NCBI GenBank assembly: GCA_024346625.1
Contig: AP024666.1
Location: 434,001 to 498,000 of the forward strand
DNA: 64,000 bases
Source: Williopsis jadinii
Taxonomy: Eukaryota
Direction of reading: 5' to 3'
The notes beneath the pieces are model-generated. The model saw nothing but the letters and a program-made list of their open reading frames with translations. It did not search any database and was not told the origin of the DNA. Shown piece by piece: positions 42,532 through 54,106 of this stretch. Positions within the stretch are counted from its first letter, which is position 1. Each line of letters starts with the position of its first letter. The position numbers and the translations under genes were made by a program.

Positions 42532-45141
42532 TTACTCTCCGTTTGTCTCAGTAGCTTCGTTCTCTTCTTCTTCTTCTTCCTGCTTGTCCTCTTCTTCTTC
42601 TTCTTCCTGCTTGTCCTCTTCTTCCTTCTTCTTTTTCTCTTCTTCGTCCTTCTTCTTTTTCTCTTCTTCTTCCTTCTTCTTCTTCTCTTCTTCTTCCTGC
42701 TTCTTCTTCTCTTCCTCTTCCTGTTTCTTCTTCTCTTCCTCTTCTCTCTTCTTTTCCTCCTCCTCTTTCTTCTTTTTCTCTTTTTCCTCTTCAGCTTTCT
42801 TTGCAGCATATACTATCTTATTTTCTTTATCCCTTTCAAGCTCCCATCGGTATTCACTCAACTTCGAAAGATCATCAAGCAGCCAAAGCTTACCGATGTA
42901 TTCGATTTTGTTCTCAGTGATCTGATCGTAGTGTATAATGAATCCACGATTGACTGGTTCAAAAGAAGCGCCAATAACGTCGTAAGCACACCACAAGTAG
43001 TTTTTACAATAATGTGTGATATACCACCCCTTTTCTGGTTCGTCGAAGTTGTTTGGGAGATGAAGGTTACCACCAGGAGGATGTAACACTGCATTGATCC
43101 TAACTGGGCCATTGTACATTTTCATAAGATCCTCGGCTGTTTTATAATCATTCTTGTACCTTGTATCTTGCACATCCCTGTCCCATGTACCACTAATCTT
43201 ACAGTACTTCATACCAGAGTTGACCCATAAGAGCGTGTAGTCATCTTCACCACTCAAATGACCAGGATGCGTAGAGCAAATCTCGTGAGCAATTGCACCC
43301 TTAGGTCTGGTATCCGGTGAAGTAACTATTCCAGCACTGACGACATCATGCTTGTTGAATTCGTAGTTCTCATCCCCTGCAGCTGACTGCCCAATCCAGA
43401 ATAGCTCCTTTTCACCGTGAATTTTATCAGTAACTGGCTTCCACAGATTCAGCTGAATCATTGTCAAAATACCTGCAAAATGTTGTGGTCTTCTCATAGC
43501 AACAATTCCAGCCTCCATGTAATGATTAGATTTTTCTTTAAGGTATCTGTTGTTAAGGGTAAAGTTTGTGGTTCTTGGAATGTCAAAGAGAGCTTCATCA
43601 ATAGCTGTTGGGAACAGTTTCAACATAAAGTTCCGGTTCAAGTCACTAAAGTGTTCATCGGTATATCTATCTTTGAAGAATAGAATACCAGTTCTTTGGT
43701 ATGGTCCCATATCAAAGAAATAACTAGGTTTCACAAATGGCACGGAATCAGTATCGAACAGGATTGTTTCATCAAAAGAGTTGAACAGAAATGCAATCAG
43801 CTTATTGGCATATCCACCAAAGCGGTCACGATACTCTTTCTTGATACATCTGTTTGCGTTGACAAACCAAATTTCTTGCTTTGGAAAGTTATGAGGTACG
43901 AAATCACGCACCTTCTCATAAACGTACAATGGGACATCTGGATCGTCTGCTCTTGCGGCCTCGATTAACTCATCCTGAGCGCTTTCGCTAAGATCTCCTT
44001 TGTGTACCACCTGAATCGGCAATCGATTGTTCAAGGCCCTGAGTACCTTAATAAGACCGATAACGTCATCTTTGTACTTATCAGCAACTGACAAAATGAT
44101 CCCTCGACCGTTGAGGGCGCTTCTCCAATCGTTCATAAAGCATTTACTCTTTGTAGATCTTTTAAACAGGTTAGAGTATTGTAATTTTTCTGATGATCCG
44201 TCATCAGTCAAGGAATCTTTGTCTTGTGGTTCAAGAATCACCTCTTCCGGAGTAAGTAAAGTATCCTCTGCACCAAGGATGATGTCCTCATCATCATCGT
44301 ACTTGATATAGTTCGACATCCTTGGAATACCTTTAATCAAAGTTCCATCCCATCTCTTAAATGTTGGGAATTCCTTAGACAGCCACGGAAAAAGCCTCTG
44401 TTCAACATCCTCACATATGCTTGTACTGCCATCTGACAGTGTACTCTCGACAGAAGTTCCCAAGAGTGATGAGATTGGAGAGTTATGATTCAAATAGCAC
44501 TTTCCGAAGACTCTGAGATGTGTAACAGCATCAACTATGTTTTGTTCAACCTTGAATGATTTATCTCTCATTGTGATAAAGTCATTTTCGAAGCCAGCTA
44601 TCACATCCTCTGGTGGTTCTTGTTTCAGTTCATCTGGAAGTTCATCCGGAAGCTCACCGTGTTCCTTTTTCCATTCGTCTTTACGATGATTCTTCCAGTC
44701 TTCACTCTTTCGGTGGATGTATTTATCATGATCGTATGAGTCCATCTGATAGTCCTTATCCGCATTACTCTCAGGGTCCATAACTTCCCAGTTCTCATCC
44801 CTCTTGTAGAGCTCATCAAAGTACAAGGCACATTTCTCCTCAAGCGGCTTCGAAGGAAAGTTCTCGGAGAACTTCTCCAACAGGTAGCCATAATATGTTG
44901 AGACCGGCATGTTCTCATCCAACACCAACACGAGGTCCTGAGCAGTCCCACTAGTCATGGTCTGCAAGCTGACGGGACTAGATGACGGATATGCCATTAT
45001 CAGCAGTTGACAAAGCACAACGAACAGTGCCACCAAGGTCATGATGTATTTCACCTGGTTGAAGGAGAAATTCATGTTCACAGCGTGTAAATACTGTCTC
45101 GTTGTATTCACGAGCTTCTGCTTGTTGATTCCAGGAACCAT
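42532..45141 (-). CDS. Alpha-1,3-mannosyltransferase (GT71, Mnn1/Mnt family) with a K/E-rich C-terminal tail
   Basis: Type II transmembrane segment; GRGIILS, LPIQVVH, FGGYANKLIAFLFNSFDETILFDTDSVPF, MEAGIV, HGEKELFW and ICSTHPGH. Confidence 0.92.
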   Translation of the reverse strand: MVPGINKQKLVNTTRQYLHAVNMNFSFNQVKYIMTLVALFVVLCQLLIMAYPSSSPVSLQTMTSGTAQDLVLVLDENMPVSTYYGYLLEKFSENFPSKPLEEKCALYFDELYKRDENWEVMDPESNADKDYQMDSYDHDKYIHRKSEDWKNHRKDEWKKEHGELPDELPDELKQEPPEDVIAGFENDFITMRDKSFKVEQNIVDAVTHLRVFGKCYLNHNSPISSLLGTSVESTLSDGSTSICEDVEQRLFPWLSKEFPTFKRWDGTLIKGIPRMSNYIKYDDDEDIILGAEDTLLTPEEVILEPQDKDSLTDDGSSEKLQYSNLFKRSTKSKCFMNDWRSALNGRGIILSVADKYKDDVIGLIKVLRALNNRLPIQVVHKGDLSESAQDELIEAARADDPDVPLYVYEKVRDFVPHNFPKQEIWFVNANRCIKKEYRDRFGGYANKLIAFLFNSFDETILFDTDSVPFVKPSYFFDMGPYQRTGILFFKDRYTDEHFSDLNRNFMLKLFPTAIDEALFDIPRTTNFTLNNRYLKEKSNHYMEAGIVAMRRPQHFAGILTMIQLNLWKPVTDKIHGEKELFWIGQSAAGDENYEFNKHDVVSAGIVTSPDTRPKGAIAHEICSTHPGHLSGEDDYTLLWVNSGMKYCKISGTWDRDVQDTRYKNDYKTAEDLMKMYNGPVRINAVLHPPGGNLHLPNNFDEPEKGWYITHYCKNYLWCAYDVIGASFEPVNRGFIIHYDQITENKIEYIGKLWLLDDLSKLSEYRWELERDKENKIVYAAKKAEEEKEKKKKEEEEKKREEEEKKKQEEEEKKKQEEEEKKKKEEEEKKKKDEEEKKKKEEEDKQEEEEEEDKQEEEEEENEATETNGE
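42560..42800 (-). repeat. ~24-bp purine-rich coding repeats encoding (KKK/QEEEE)n
   Basis: Directly visible TTC/CTT-rich tract on the + strand. Confidence 0.9.
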
Positions 45142-45810
45142 TTTCCACACATTAACTGTTAATACGAACACACACACACACGGACTATTGCAAAGTTAAA
45201 AACAGCGGTAAATGACGAAACGGAGCGAGCTCGAGTAGACAACAAAACTACAGCAACAATAACCCCCAAGCAGTCTCGTGAAAGCACCAGTTACTTATGT
45301 CTTTGTCTCAAGCGAAGAACAAAGCTGTGTTTTCTCCTCTATCTTTTTCCAGCTCTTTCAGCGCTCGCTATGCGGTTATCGTTTCTGGATCAATATGGAT
45401 TGAATAGGATCTTCAGCAGCGCCAGCTCTAGTAGTGTGAAACAAAGGGAGCGTAAGGGGCTAAATCCAACAATGTAAAGGTTCCTTAACTTCAACGTAGA
45501 TCAAAGTGGACGGCAGAAAACATAAAAAAATGGTTAACTAGAACGCGTACACAGGAGAATTGTTCAAGTAGGGGGCACAAATTTCATTTTAGAGACAACC
45601 AATGAAAGCCGCTTGAGGAAGCATGCGTGTGTGTCAGGCTCTCCTTGTTGGACGCGATGGCTGTCTTGTACGTGTTTAGGAGCGTTCTGTTGTTATAAAA
45701 GACTCAATACAGCATTGATAAAACAAATTAAAGCAATTAAATGAAAACTTATATATAACTAACTAAACCCATGAAGAAGAAAGACAGCCCGGTCCTGCTC
45801 CGGTTTCCTT

Positions 45811-47502
45811 TTATTGCTGCTTGTTGGTGTTGGCAGTCAATTGGGCTTGCTTGACCAAGTTCAATGGAGCATCCATAGTTGGCAACATGACCTCAATCAA
45901 TCTAATCTTGGAGTTCTTGGCAAACTCAGCACTTTGAGTCAATTGCTCAAACTCACCTGTAGTGGAGACTCTGATGCTGTCGTACACTTTAGCACCGAAG
46001 GTTGGCAAGAGAGCCAAGTGGTCCCAGTTCTGGATATCGTTGTAACCAGCCTTTTCACCGTGGATCAATCTCTCAATGGTGTAACCATCGTTGTTCAAGA
46101 CAAAGATGTATGGAGTCAAACCCCATCTGATCATAGTAGAGATCTCTTGGACGGTCAATTGCAAGGAACCATCACCGACGAACAAGATAACTCTCTTCTC
46201 CTTGTCAACTTCCTCAGCAGCTGCAACGGCACCCAAAGCAGCACCAACAGAGTAACCAATAGAACCCCACAAGACTTGGGAGATACCAGTGGTGTTGTTT
46301 GGGAATCTGGTTTGGACGATACCGAAGGCAGAGGTACCAGTCTCAGTGATGACGACATCACCTTCACGCAACCATGAGGACAACTTGGTCCAGACCCATT
46401 CTTGAGTCAAAGGGGTTTGTGGAGAGTGTGGAGAGTTGATCAACTTCAAAGTTGGAACTGGAACTGGTGTGTAGTCCTTGACGAATGGCTTAATGGCCTT
46501 GACAAGCTTTTGCAAGACAAACTTGAATTGGACACCTGGGAAGGTGGCGTTCTTGATCTTGATGTAATCAGAGTGGAATTCAACAATGTTGTTGGTCTTG
46601 TAGGAGTAAGAGAAAGAACCGGTGTTGAAATCGGACAAGATGGCACCGACAGACAAAACCAAGTCAGCAGACTCGACAGCCTCCTTGACATCTGGCTTAG
46701 ACAAAGTACCGACGTAAACACCACCGAATCTTGGGTGTTGTTCATCGACACCACCCTTACCCATAGGTGTGACAAAGGCTGGGAACTGAGTAGCATCAAT
46801 CAAATCCTTTGTCTCCTTCTTGACATCGTGACGAGAGGCACAGGCATCAACCAAGATGACTGGGTTCTTAGCCTTTTGAACCATCTCACAAACGGTTTGG
46901 ATGACCTCATCCTCAGCTTCTGGGTCGTTTGGCTTCAATGACAAATCAATTGGTGTGTTCAAAAGGGAGGCTGGAACCAAATCGTCAACCAAGTTTGCTG
47001 GAAGGGCAAGGTACACTGGTCTTTGGTAGACGTAAGCGGTTCTGATACAACGGTCGATTTCAGAGGCAGCAGAGTTGATGTCCTTGATGAAAGCGGTTGT
47101 TTGGGAAATGTTTGATGACATTCTGTGGAAGACTGTGAAGTCACCGTTACCCAAAGTGTGATGCAAAAGCAATTGCTTAGCCTGGGATGAGATAGATGGA
47201 ACACCAACAATGTGGAGCAAACCAACGTGCTCAGAGTAAGAACCGGCGATACCGTTCAAGGCAGACAACTCACCGACACCGAAAGTGGTGATGATAGCAG
47301 CAAGCTTCTTAATTCTGGAGTAACCATCAGCGGCGTAGGCGGCGTTCAACTCGTTGGCGTTACCAGCCCATCTCATGCCGTCAACTTCGTAGAGCTTATC
47401 CAAGAGACAAAGGTTGAAGTCACCTGGAAGACCGAAGACGGTGTTGACCTCAACTTGTTTGAGTCTCTCGAAGAGGTAACGTCCCAATGTGATTTCGCTC
47501 AT
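45811..47502 (-). CDS. PDC1: Pyruvate decarboxylase
   Basis: MSEITLGRYLFERL, GLPGDFN, NELNAAYAADGY and the TPP motif GDGSLQLT...NNDGY; extreme codon bias. Confidence 0.97.
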   Translation of the reverse strand: MSEITLGRYLFERLKQVEVNTVFGLPGDFNLCLLDKLYEVDGMRWAGNANELNAAYAADGYSRIKKLAAIITTFGVGELSALNGIAGSYSEHVGLLHIVGVPSISSQAKQLLLHHTLGNGDFTVFHRMSSNISQTTAFIKDINSAASEIDRCIRTAYVYQRPVYLALPANLVDDLVPASLLNTPIDLSLKPNDPEAEDEVIQTVCEMVQKAKNPVILVDACASRHDVKKETKDLIDATQFPAFVTPMGKGGVDEQHPRFGGVYVGTLSKPDVKEAVESADLVLSVGAILSDFNTGSFSYSYKTNNIVEFHSDYIKIKNATFPGVQFKFVLQKLVKAIKPFVKDYTPVPVPTLKLINSPHSPQTPLTQEWVWTKLSSWLREGDVVITETGTSAFGIVQTRFPNNTTGISQVLWGSIGYSVGAALGAVAAAEEVDKEKRVILFVGDGSLQLTVQEISTMIRWGLTPYIFVLNNDGYTIERLIHGEKAGYNDIQNWDHLALLPTFGAKVYDSIRVSTTGEFEQLTQSAEFAKNSKIRLIEVMLPTMDAPLNLVKQAQLTANTNKQQ

Positions 47503-49383
47503 GGTATCGATTGTTTTAGTTTTGTTTGTTTGTTGTGTATAACGGGTATCAATTGAAAATGATGATTCAATTGAGTTTCCTGTAATAGATGATGATGAGT
47601 TGAAACATTCCTACGCTCAGAGCAAAGTGGGAAACCCTAGCTTCTTATATATGTAAGACGACAACGGTACCAACTGACCACTCCCCCTTTCCTAAAAATT
47701 CCTTTTAGTCCTTTTGACACCATTTGACGCAGACAGCGAATACAGAGGGCACTGCTTAACCAGGCATAAACCAGTGTGTGCTACGCGTGTGTGTGTTCAA
47801 CTCATTCAAATCGTGCCCGTATCGTTGCATAAGTGCATAGTTTTTAACCGCATGGTGCCATCCACATGCTTGGATAAAGTGTGCGCAGGACCGGTTTTCA
47901 TGTTGCGCTCAGCTGGGCCACCTGAAGGGAAGCTGTGCATTTGACGAATCGGGAAGCGATAGCCTTGGTGTTTGTATACAATGGTTGCTTTTCTCTACGG
48001 AACGGAATAGAGCCGAAGCTCTGTGTGATCTATGGTGTGTGCTATAAACGTCGATTGATGGCAAACTGCACAGACGTGCGGTGTGCAATGGCTTGTACGA
48101 TATATCGTGAGAATTCGCACACCTGCGTTGTTTTCTAATTTCCGCCAGCGAGGCGATTGTTTCTTTTTTGCTTGGTGTCAACTGGTGATGATCCCCTGGG
48201 CTTAAGCACGTATCGAAAACGAATAACCAGGCATTGATGCGGTTGCATAGTAAAAGCGTGCGAGGCAGCAATGGGCGAACCAGAGCGAATCACGATGAGC
48301 AGGGATGTGGGTGTTAGTTCTAGACAGCAAGCTGCAGAGAGGTTTCCTGGTTTCCAGGTGCTTGATGTTCAAACCCAGGAGATGATCCGAGTCCAACTTC
48401 CGCTTCAACTGGAGCAACAGTGTGTGTGTCTTGCAGTATAGCACGGAGAGAGTTTACACGGGGGAGAGTTTACATGGATTGTAGCGGATGGTATGTGCGT
48501 TATCGATCATATGGTTCCAATGTGGAGGATCGGAGCTCTTTATTTTTTCTTCCTAATATTAGGTTGTGTGTTTGAGCCATGGGTGATCTGTGGTGTACAG
48601 TTGCTTTCGTATGATTGATAATCTAAATGCATCAAACAATAAGTGCGCGCGGGTACCACTTGATGATTTTCTTTTTCTCCTTTTTGATCGCTTCTGCCCA
48701 TGTTTTCTCTCAGTTGCAAAGATTGAACCAGTTGAAACGGTTGAAACTTGAAACTTGAGCCTCATCTCGAGCCCCCCACGTCAACAACCGTATAGTTTTT
48801 CCGATGGCAATACACCCCACGAAATTCTACAACAGGTTCGGAGGCTCGATCCCCAAGAGTCAAGACTTGCTTTCGTAACTACTTACGTAACAAATTACAT
48901 AATCTATATCTGTTATCCGTCTCTGGCGTATTCTTCGTTGCGCGCGCAACGTTCTCTGTGTGTCATAGATTAAACAAAGAAATCAACAATCTCTCCATTT
49001 TGGCTTTTCATTTTGGTGACAAAGGATCCAGTTGTTAGTGGAAGACCGGAAACACAGGCACGATCGTCCAATTTCCATTCAATTTTACAAGGCAAAGCAG
49101 CTACTTGAATTGGAGTTTGTGTGTGTCCTTTCTTTTTACAACTTGTGTCACTTTAAGTAAGGTGAAGATTTGGTTTTCTATAAAACCCCCCTTTCCAAGT
49201 TTAGAAGGATACGCAAAAGGGAAAAGGGCAAAAAAAGGCAAACAGCATCACAAAAACCCAGAAACCAAAACAGAATAAACAGTCAAAACAAGTAAAGATA
49301 AACAGGAAATAGGCGCAGAGAAGTGGCAAATCTTACAATTGAGATCATCGGCATAGAATTGGAAAGAGAACACAGTGGATGAA

Positions 49384-52300
49384 ATGAGCGACGCTGACGT
49401 TGAAGCTACAAATAGCGAACCATTACCAGAGCCAAACTTGGTGCCTGACACAAGGAAGGAGCAACTATTAGAGTCCGGCACGTCCATTGATTTCGCCTTC
49501 TTGAAAGACCAAGTGTTACCAAAGATTGATGACGAGGAGGTGCTACATTACGGAGCTTACACCTGGGAGATCAATGACTATAAGAAGTTGGTTGAGGATA
49601 AAGTCCGAAGCCCTATCTTCAAAGTTGGTGATTGGGAATTTGACATATTACTTTTCCCCAAGGGGAACGCAAATAACAACATTGCGCTATACTTGGAACC
49701 GCAACCTGAGAAAAAGTTGAATGAATTGACCGGTGAAGAGGAACCTGTCGATCCAGATTGGTATGTGTGCGCTCAGTTCACCTTGGTGATCTCGAATCCA
49801 CGAGATGCAAAGAATTGTATTGTGAACACCTCACAACAAAGATTTGGTAAATACGCAACGGATTGGGGGTTTTCCAATTTCACAGATTTGAGAGCGTTGT
49901 ACAACTCTCGCAGGGATTTGAATGGGCCGCTACTGTACGATGATAAGCTTAACATCACTGCGTTTGTTAAGATCTTGAAAGATACCACCGGTGTGCTATG
50001 GCATAACTTTCTTGATTATGATTCGAAGAAGGAAACAGGGTTTGTAGGTTTCAAGAATCAAGGTGCAACGTGCTATTTGAACTCTTTGTTACAGTCATAC
50101 TTCTTTACAAAGAGCTTCAGAAAGGCAGTTTATCAAATTCCAACAGAAGGGGAGTCGCCAAATGATAGTGTCCCACTGGCATTACAAAGAATCATGTATC
50201 AGTTACAACGTTCAGATGAAGCAGTCGATACGCTTGAGCTGACCAAATCATTTGGATGGGATACTGGGGACGCATTTACACAACATGATGTTCAGGAGTT
50301 GAACAGAATCTTGATGGATAGACTCGAGGCAAGAATGAAAGGTACAGAGGTGGAAAACGTGCTCAACAAGACTTTTGTCGGTAAAATGAAGAGTTATATC
50401 AAGTGTATCAACGTTGATTACGAATCTTCAAGAATTGAAGACTTTTGGGATATCCAACTAAACGTGAAGAACTTGAAGAATTTGGAGGAATCTTTCCAAA
50501 ATTATATCGAAGTTGAAGTCATGGATGGTGAAAATCAATATGCCGCACAAGACTATGGTTTACAAGATGCAAAAAAGGGCGTGATATTCACAGAGTTCCC
50601 AAGGGTTTTACACCTTCAACTAAAAAGATTTGAATATGATTTCGACTATGATTCACTTGTGAAGATTAACGACCGTCATGAGTTTCCAGAATCCATCGAT
50701 TTGAGTCCATATTTGGAGAAATCTGACGGAACCTGTATGTATGACCTACATGGTGTATTAGTTCACTCTGGTGATATCTCCACAGGTCATTATTATGCAA
50801 TGATAAAACCTGGTAAGAATGATAACTGGTACAGATTTGATGATGACAGGGTTTGGAGAGTTACGAAAAGAGAGGCACTTGATGCAAACTTTGGTGTTGA
50901 TTCATTGGATCCAAATACATTGTCAAGAATGACCAAGGCTCAAATACAAAATTACCAAATTCGTCGTCATACTAGTGCGTACATGTTGGTGTATATCAAG
51001 AGATCAGAAGTCGATGACGTTTTACAAGAAGTTACAGATAAAGACGTTCCGGATTATATTTCAACAAAGGTTGATGAAGAACTTGAAGAACTTGCACGGA
51101 AACGCAAAGAACTGGAAGAGCTTCATTTGTACATCAACGTGAACATTTACACTAACGATCTATTCAAGCGATACGAAGGGTTCGACTTGGGAGCAAACTC
51201 GAGATTCGTCCAGCCTGATTTGTACACCGACAATGATTATCCTTATACGATAAAAGCATTGAAGACAAAAAAGTTTACAGAGTTGCTCCCTGAGATTAGA
51301 GAAAAATTTGGGTTCCATCCTGATAGAATCAATTTTTGGGCAATGGCGTACAGACGTAACCAAACCTTGAGACCAGCTCATCAGATTCAGATTGATGATC
51401 TTACAGTTGAGGAATTGTTTCACGAGAAATTTTCGAAAAAACACTCCTCGATGAACATATGGATTGAACAACCGGAGATTGAACTTTTCACTACTCTTCC
51501 AGAGTCATTGCGCCAACCAATACAAGATGTTGAAGTTGGTGATGATGAAAATCTCATTGAATCCCAAAAGTTGTATCTTTTTCTGAAATATTTCGATGTT
51601 GCGAAGCAGTCATTGACAGGTGTAACTCATATGATTGTCAATGAAGATTCTACACTTGAAAGTATTGTTCCAGCCGTGAAGGCGGCTCTAAAGATTGCTG
51701 AAAATGAACAGGTTTTGTTTTTCGAAGAGATTAACCAAGGCTCAGTGGAAGAAATTAATCCATCTTCGACATTCTATAAGTCTGAACTCGGAACTGGTGA
51801 TATATTGTGTGTGCAGAAAGCTGCACCTGATATTGACTTGATGTCAGACGATCCACCAGATGTTTATCCCTTCTACCGTACAGCTGATCAGTTCTACACA
51901 TTTTTGGCATACAGAATTCATGTGAATATTGCTGCAATGAGGGCACCACCTGAAGATGACTATGTTGTTGTTGATGAGAATACAAAACATGACGATTTTG
52001 ATATTTGGATTTCCAAGCTAGCACCGTATGATGAGTTGGCAACCAGAATTGGAAGAAAAATCGGGAAAGATCCAAATCACTTGAGAATATTTGCTAATTA
52101 CAACGGCCATAGAATTCCACTACACTCACGTATGTCGGTTGGTCATGTTGTTCCTAAGGACCTTTCTCCTGATATGATGCCGCTATTTGAATATGAGATT
52201 TTGAGTGTTGCACTAAAGCAGCTCGAAAATATGACAGCAGTAAAGGTTCATTGGTTGGCTTCGGGGTACTGTCATTACAGTGACTATGAGTTCTTGATCG

Positions 52301-52884
52301 AGAAAGAGGTCAAAGCTGAGGACTTGATTGATAAGCTACAGGCTAAAATAGGATTCCCAGAACAGGACAAAGCCAATGTTTTGATGTGGACCAACATCGA
52401 TAACAGGTTTGGTCGTGTTATCTTCCCTAACAATTCATTTGACGTTTTCGAAAGTGGTGACCTATTATTCGCTGCTATCTTACCCGATGAGAAGAGAGTA
52501 TTGGAGGAGAGATACTTTAATGATGATGGGGCTGAATTAATTGACGATGAGGATGAACAACCTCCAAGACTTGCTGCAGTCTTGCAGTTTTACAAACGAC
52601 CAAGTAATTTACATGGAATCTCCTTCATGTTTGAGCTATTGCCTGGTGAGCCTCTTTCTCAAACTAAGGAACGACTACAGAAGAAGATGGGATTAGGACA
52701 GAAGGAGTTCTCCAAGGCTCAACTGTGTCTATGGGCAATGTCTACAAGAGATCCCGTATACATTAGCGACGATAATCTGATTCTATACGACGAGATTGCT
52801 GACGAAGAGTATTTATGCATTGATTTACCGGATCGTACAAGCCGTATGGGCGGTCACCAAGGAGGTGGAATCTCAATCAGATAA
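49384..52884 (+). CDS. UBP15: USP7-like ubiquitin protease with MATH domain
   Basis: MATH domain (DWGF), Cys box NQGATCYLNSLLQ and His box LVHSGDISTGHYY; first ATG at 49384. Confidence 0.96.
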   Translation: MSDADVEATNSEPLPEPNLVPDTRKEQLLESGTSIDFAFLKDQVLPKIDDEEVLHYGAYTWEINDYKKLVEDKVRSPIFKVGDWEFDILLFPKGNANNNIALYLEPQPEKKLNELTGEEEPVDPDWYVCAQFTLVISNPRDAKNCIVNTSQQRFGKYATDWGFSNFTDLRALYNSRRDLNGPLLYDDKLNITAFVKILKDTTGVLWHNFLDYDSKKETGFVGFKNQGATCYLNSLLQSYFFTKSFRKAVYQIPTEGESPNDSVPLALQRIMYQLQRSDEAVDTLELTKSFGWDTGDAFTQHDVQELNRILMDRLEARMKGTEVENVLNKTFVGKMKSYIKCINVDYESSRIEDFWDIQLNVKNLKNLEESFQNYIEVEVMDGENQYAAQDYGLQDAKKGVIFTEFPRVLHLQLKRFEYDFDYDSLVKINDRHEFPESIDLSPYLEKSDGTCMYDLHGVLVHSGDISTGHYYAMIKPGKNDNWYRFDDDRVWRVTKREALDANFGVDSLDPNTLSRMTKAQIQNYQIRRHTSAYMLVYIKRSEVDDVLQEVTDKDVPDYISTKVDEELEELARKRKELEELHLYINVNIYTNDLFKRYEGFDLGANSRFVQPDLYTDNDYPYTIKALKTKKFTELLPEIREKFGFHPDRINFWAMAYRRNQTLRPAHQIQIDDLTVEELFHEKFSKKHSSMNIWIEQPEIELFTTLPESLRQPIQDVEVGDDENLIESQKLYLFLKYFDVAKQSLTGVTHMIVNEDSTLESIVPAVKAALKIAENEQVLFFEEINQGSVEEINPSSTFYKSELGTGDILCVQKAAPDIDLMSDDPPDVYPFYRTADQFYTFLAYRIHVNIAAMRAPPEDDYVVVDENTKHDDFDIWISKLAPYDELATRIGRKIGKDPNHLRIFANYNGHRIPLHSRMSVGHVVPKDLSPDMMPLFEYEILSVALKQLENMTAVKVHWLASGYCHYSDYEFLIEKEVKAEDLIDKLQAKIGFPEQDKANVLMWTNIDNRFGRVIFPNNSFDVFESGDLLFAAILPDEKRVLEERYFNDDGAELIDDEDEQPPRLAAVLQFYKRPSNLHGISFMFELLPGEPLSQTKERLQKKMGLGQKEFSKAQLCLWAMSTRDPVYISDDNLILYDEIADEEYLCIDLPDRTSRMGGHQGGGISIR

Positions 52885-53041
52885 ACTTGTTATACAGTTA
52901 TACTACATGCCAGGTTAAGAACAAAGAAAAAACACACACATATACCAGTAAACCAATGAGCAAATGGCACACAAATGATTTTTTTTTCCTTTCTTTGAGA
53001 TGTAAATATGGAATATATCATGTAGACGTATGGGCAGTGAA

Positions 53042-53938
53042 TCACAGCTCTGTAGAAGTTCTCTGACTTGCTTCCCATCTCTGTTTTCTCAACTGTGTGC
53101 TACTTAGCTTATTGACGAACCCATCGTCTTCTTCACCACCGATGACATTGATGATGTGGACTTTCAACTCGCTAAATCCCCTTTCGAGCCTGGTCTTGTT
53201 GATAAACTCTGCACCTTTTATGGTCTCCCTACTTACTATTAGGGAATCAATGTCGGCAATTGTACCAGTTGGACCGCAAACGTCACGAATAGGAACAGGA
53301 TCAACATTCAAGTTTGGTTTAATACGACGTACGAAGTTGGTGATTACTTCAACCCTTTCGTCATAGCTCTGAAGTAGCTCAGGGTACTTCTTGTTCTTCA
53401 ACAATTCGTGGTCAGTCACTCCAATGATGAGCTTAGTCTTAGTGACAAAGGCTGCTGCTGTAAGCAACATCTTGTGCCCGTCATGGAAGTGGTCAAATGT
53501 GCCACCAACGGCACTTGTTTCATGTATGGACTCCTGACTTTGATCCTTATCATCCTTGACGGGATGGAGCTCTGTAGAGGACTTCTGAACGTTCAAAACC
53601 TTCAGAGAGTCCTTCTTGTCGTATACCCACGCACCATACGTCTCATCAGACGTATCTACAATACACAATTCCCAGTCCTGTGGAGATTCCAGATAGTGAT
53701 TGTTGAATAGTACAGTGACGTTGACATCTGGTTTCTTTAGTCTTTGGAGAATCTCAGTAGTTAAAGTATAGGCGAGTGCCAGAGTTGCGTCCAATGTGTT
53801 CAAATGTGTTATTTTGTCAGTGATTAGAATGTCCAAAGCACCATCTCGGGATATATTCTCCACAGCTTCTTCAATCAAAGTGTTATAAGACAGCACCGAG
53901 TGGGTATCTGATACCAAAACAACGACAGAATGATTCAT
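53042..53938 (-). CDS. CAB4: Phosphopantetheine adenylyltransferase
   Basis: GGTFDHFHDGHKMLL, DVCGPTG and KLSST; ATG at 53938. Confidence 0.93.
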   Translation of the reverse strand: MNHSVVVLVSDTHSVLSYNTLIEEAVENISRDGALDILITDKITHLNTLDATLALAYTLTTEILQRLKKPDVNVTVLFNNHYLESPQDWELCIVDTSDETYGAWVYDKKDSLKVLNVQKSSTELHPVKDDKDQSQESIHETSAVGGTFDHFHDGHKMLLTAAAFVTKTKLIIGVTDHELLKNKKYPELLQSYDERVEVITNFVRRIKPNLNVDPVPIRDVCGPTGTIADIDSLIVSRETIKGAEFINKTRLERGFSELKVHIINVIGGEEDDGFVNKLSSTQLRKQRWEASQRTSTEL

Positions 53939-54106
53939 GCTGCGTGTTCTGTGTGTATATGTTGCTTTTGAATATGGGTTGTCACTGTGGCTTGGAGTGT
54001 TGATTTTGTTTCCCTTTGCATTTCGGGTTCTAACGCTGCCGGGGAAAAAGTTTTGAGAGATGGCATTGAAACAACAGCCTTTGAGGTTAGCAAATATATC
54101 CACGAA

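Noticed and set aside
42449..42925. F/S-rich and K/R-rich ORFs overlapping the mannosyltransferase tail
   Set aside because: Alternative frames of the purine-rich repeat.
45814..47556. Long + strand ORFs antisense to PDC1 (similar ones occur opposite SCW4, RPS20, FOX2 and CCS1)
   Set aside because: These are shadow ORFs produced by strong codon bias on the coding strand; they contain no recognisable motifs.
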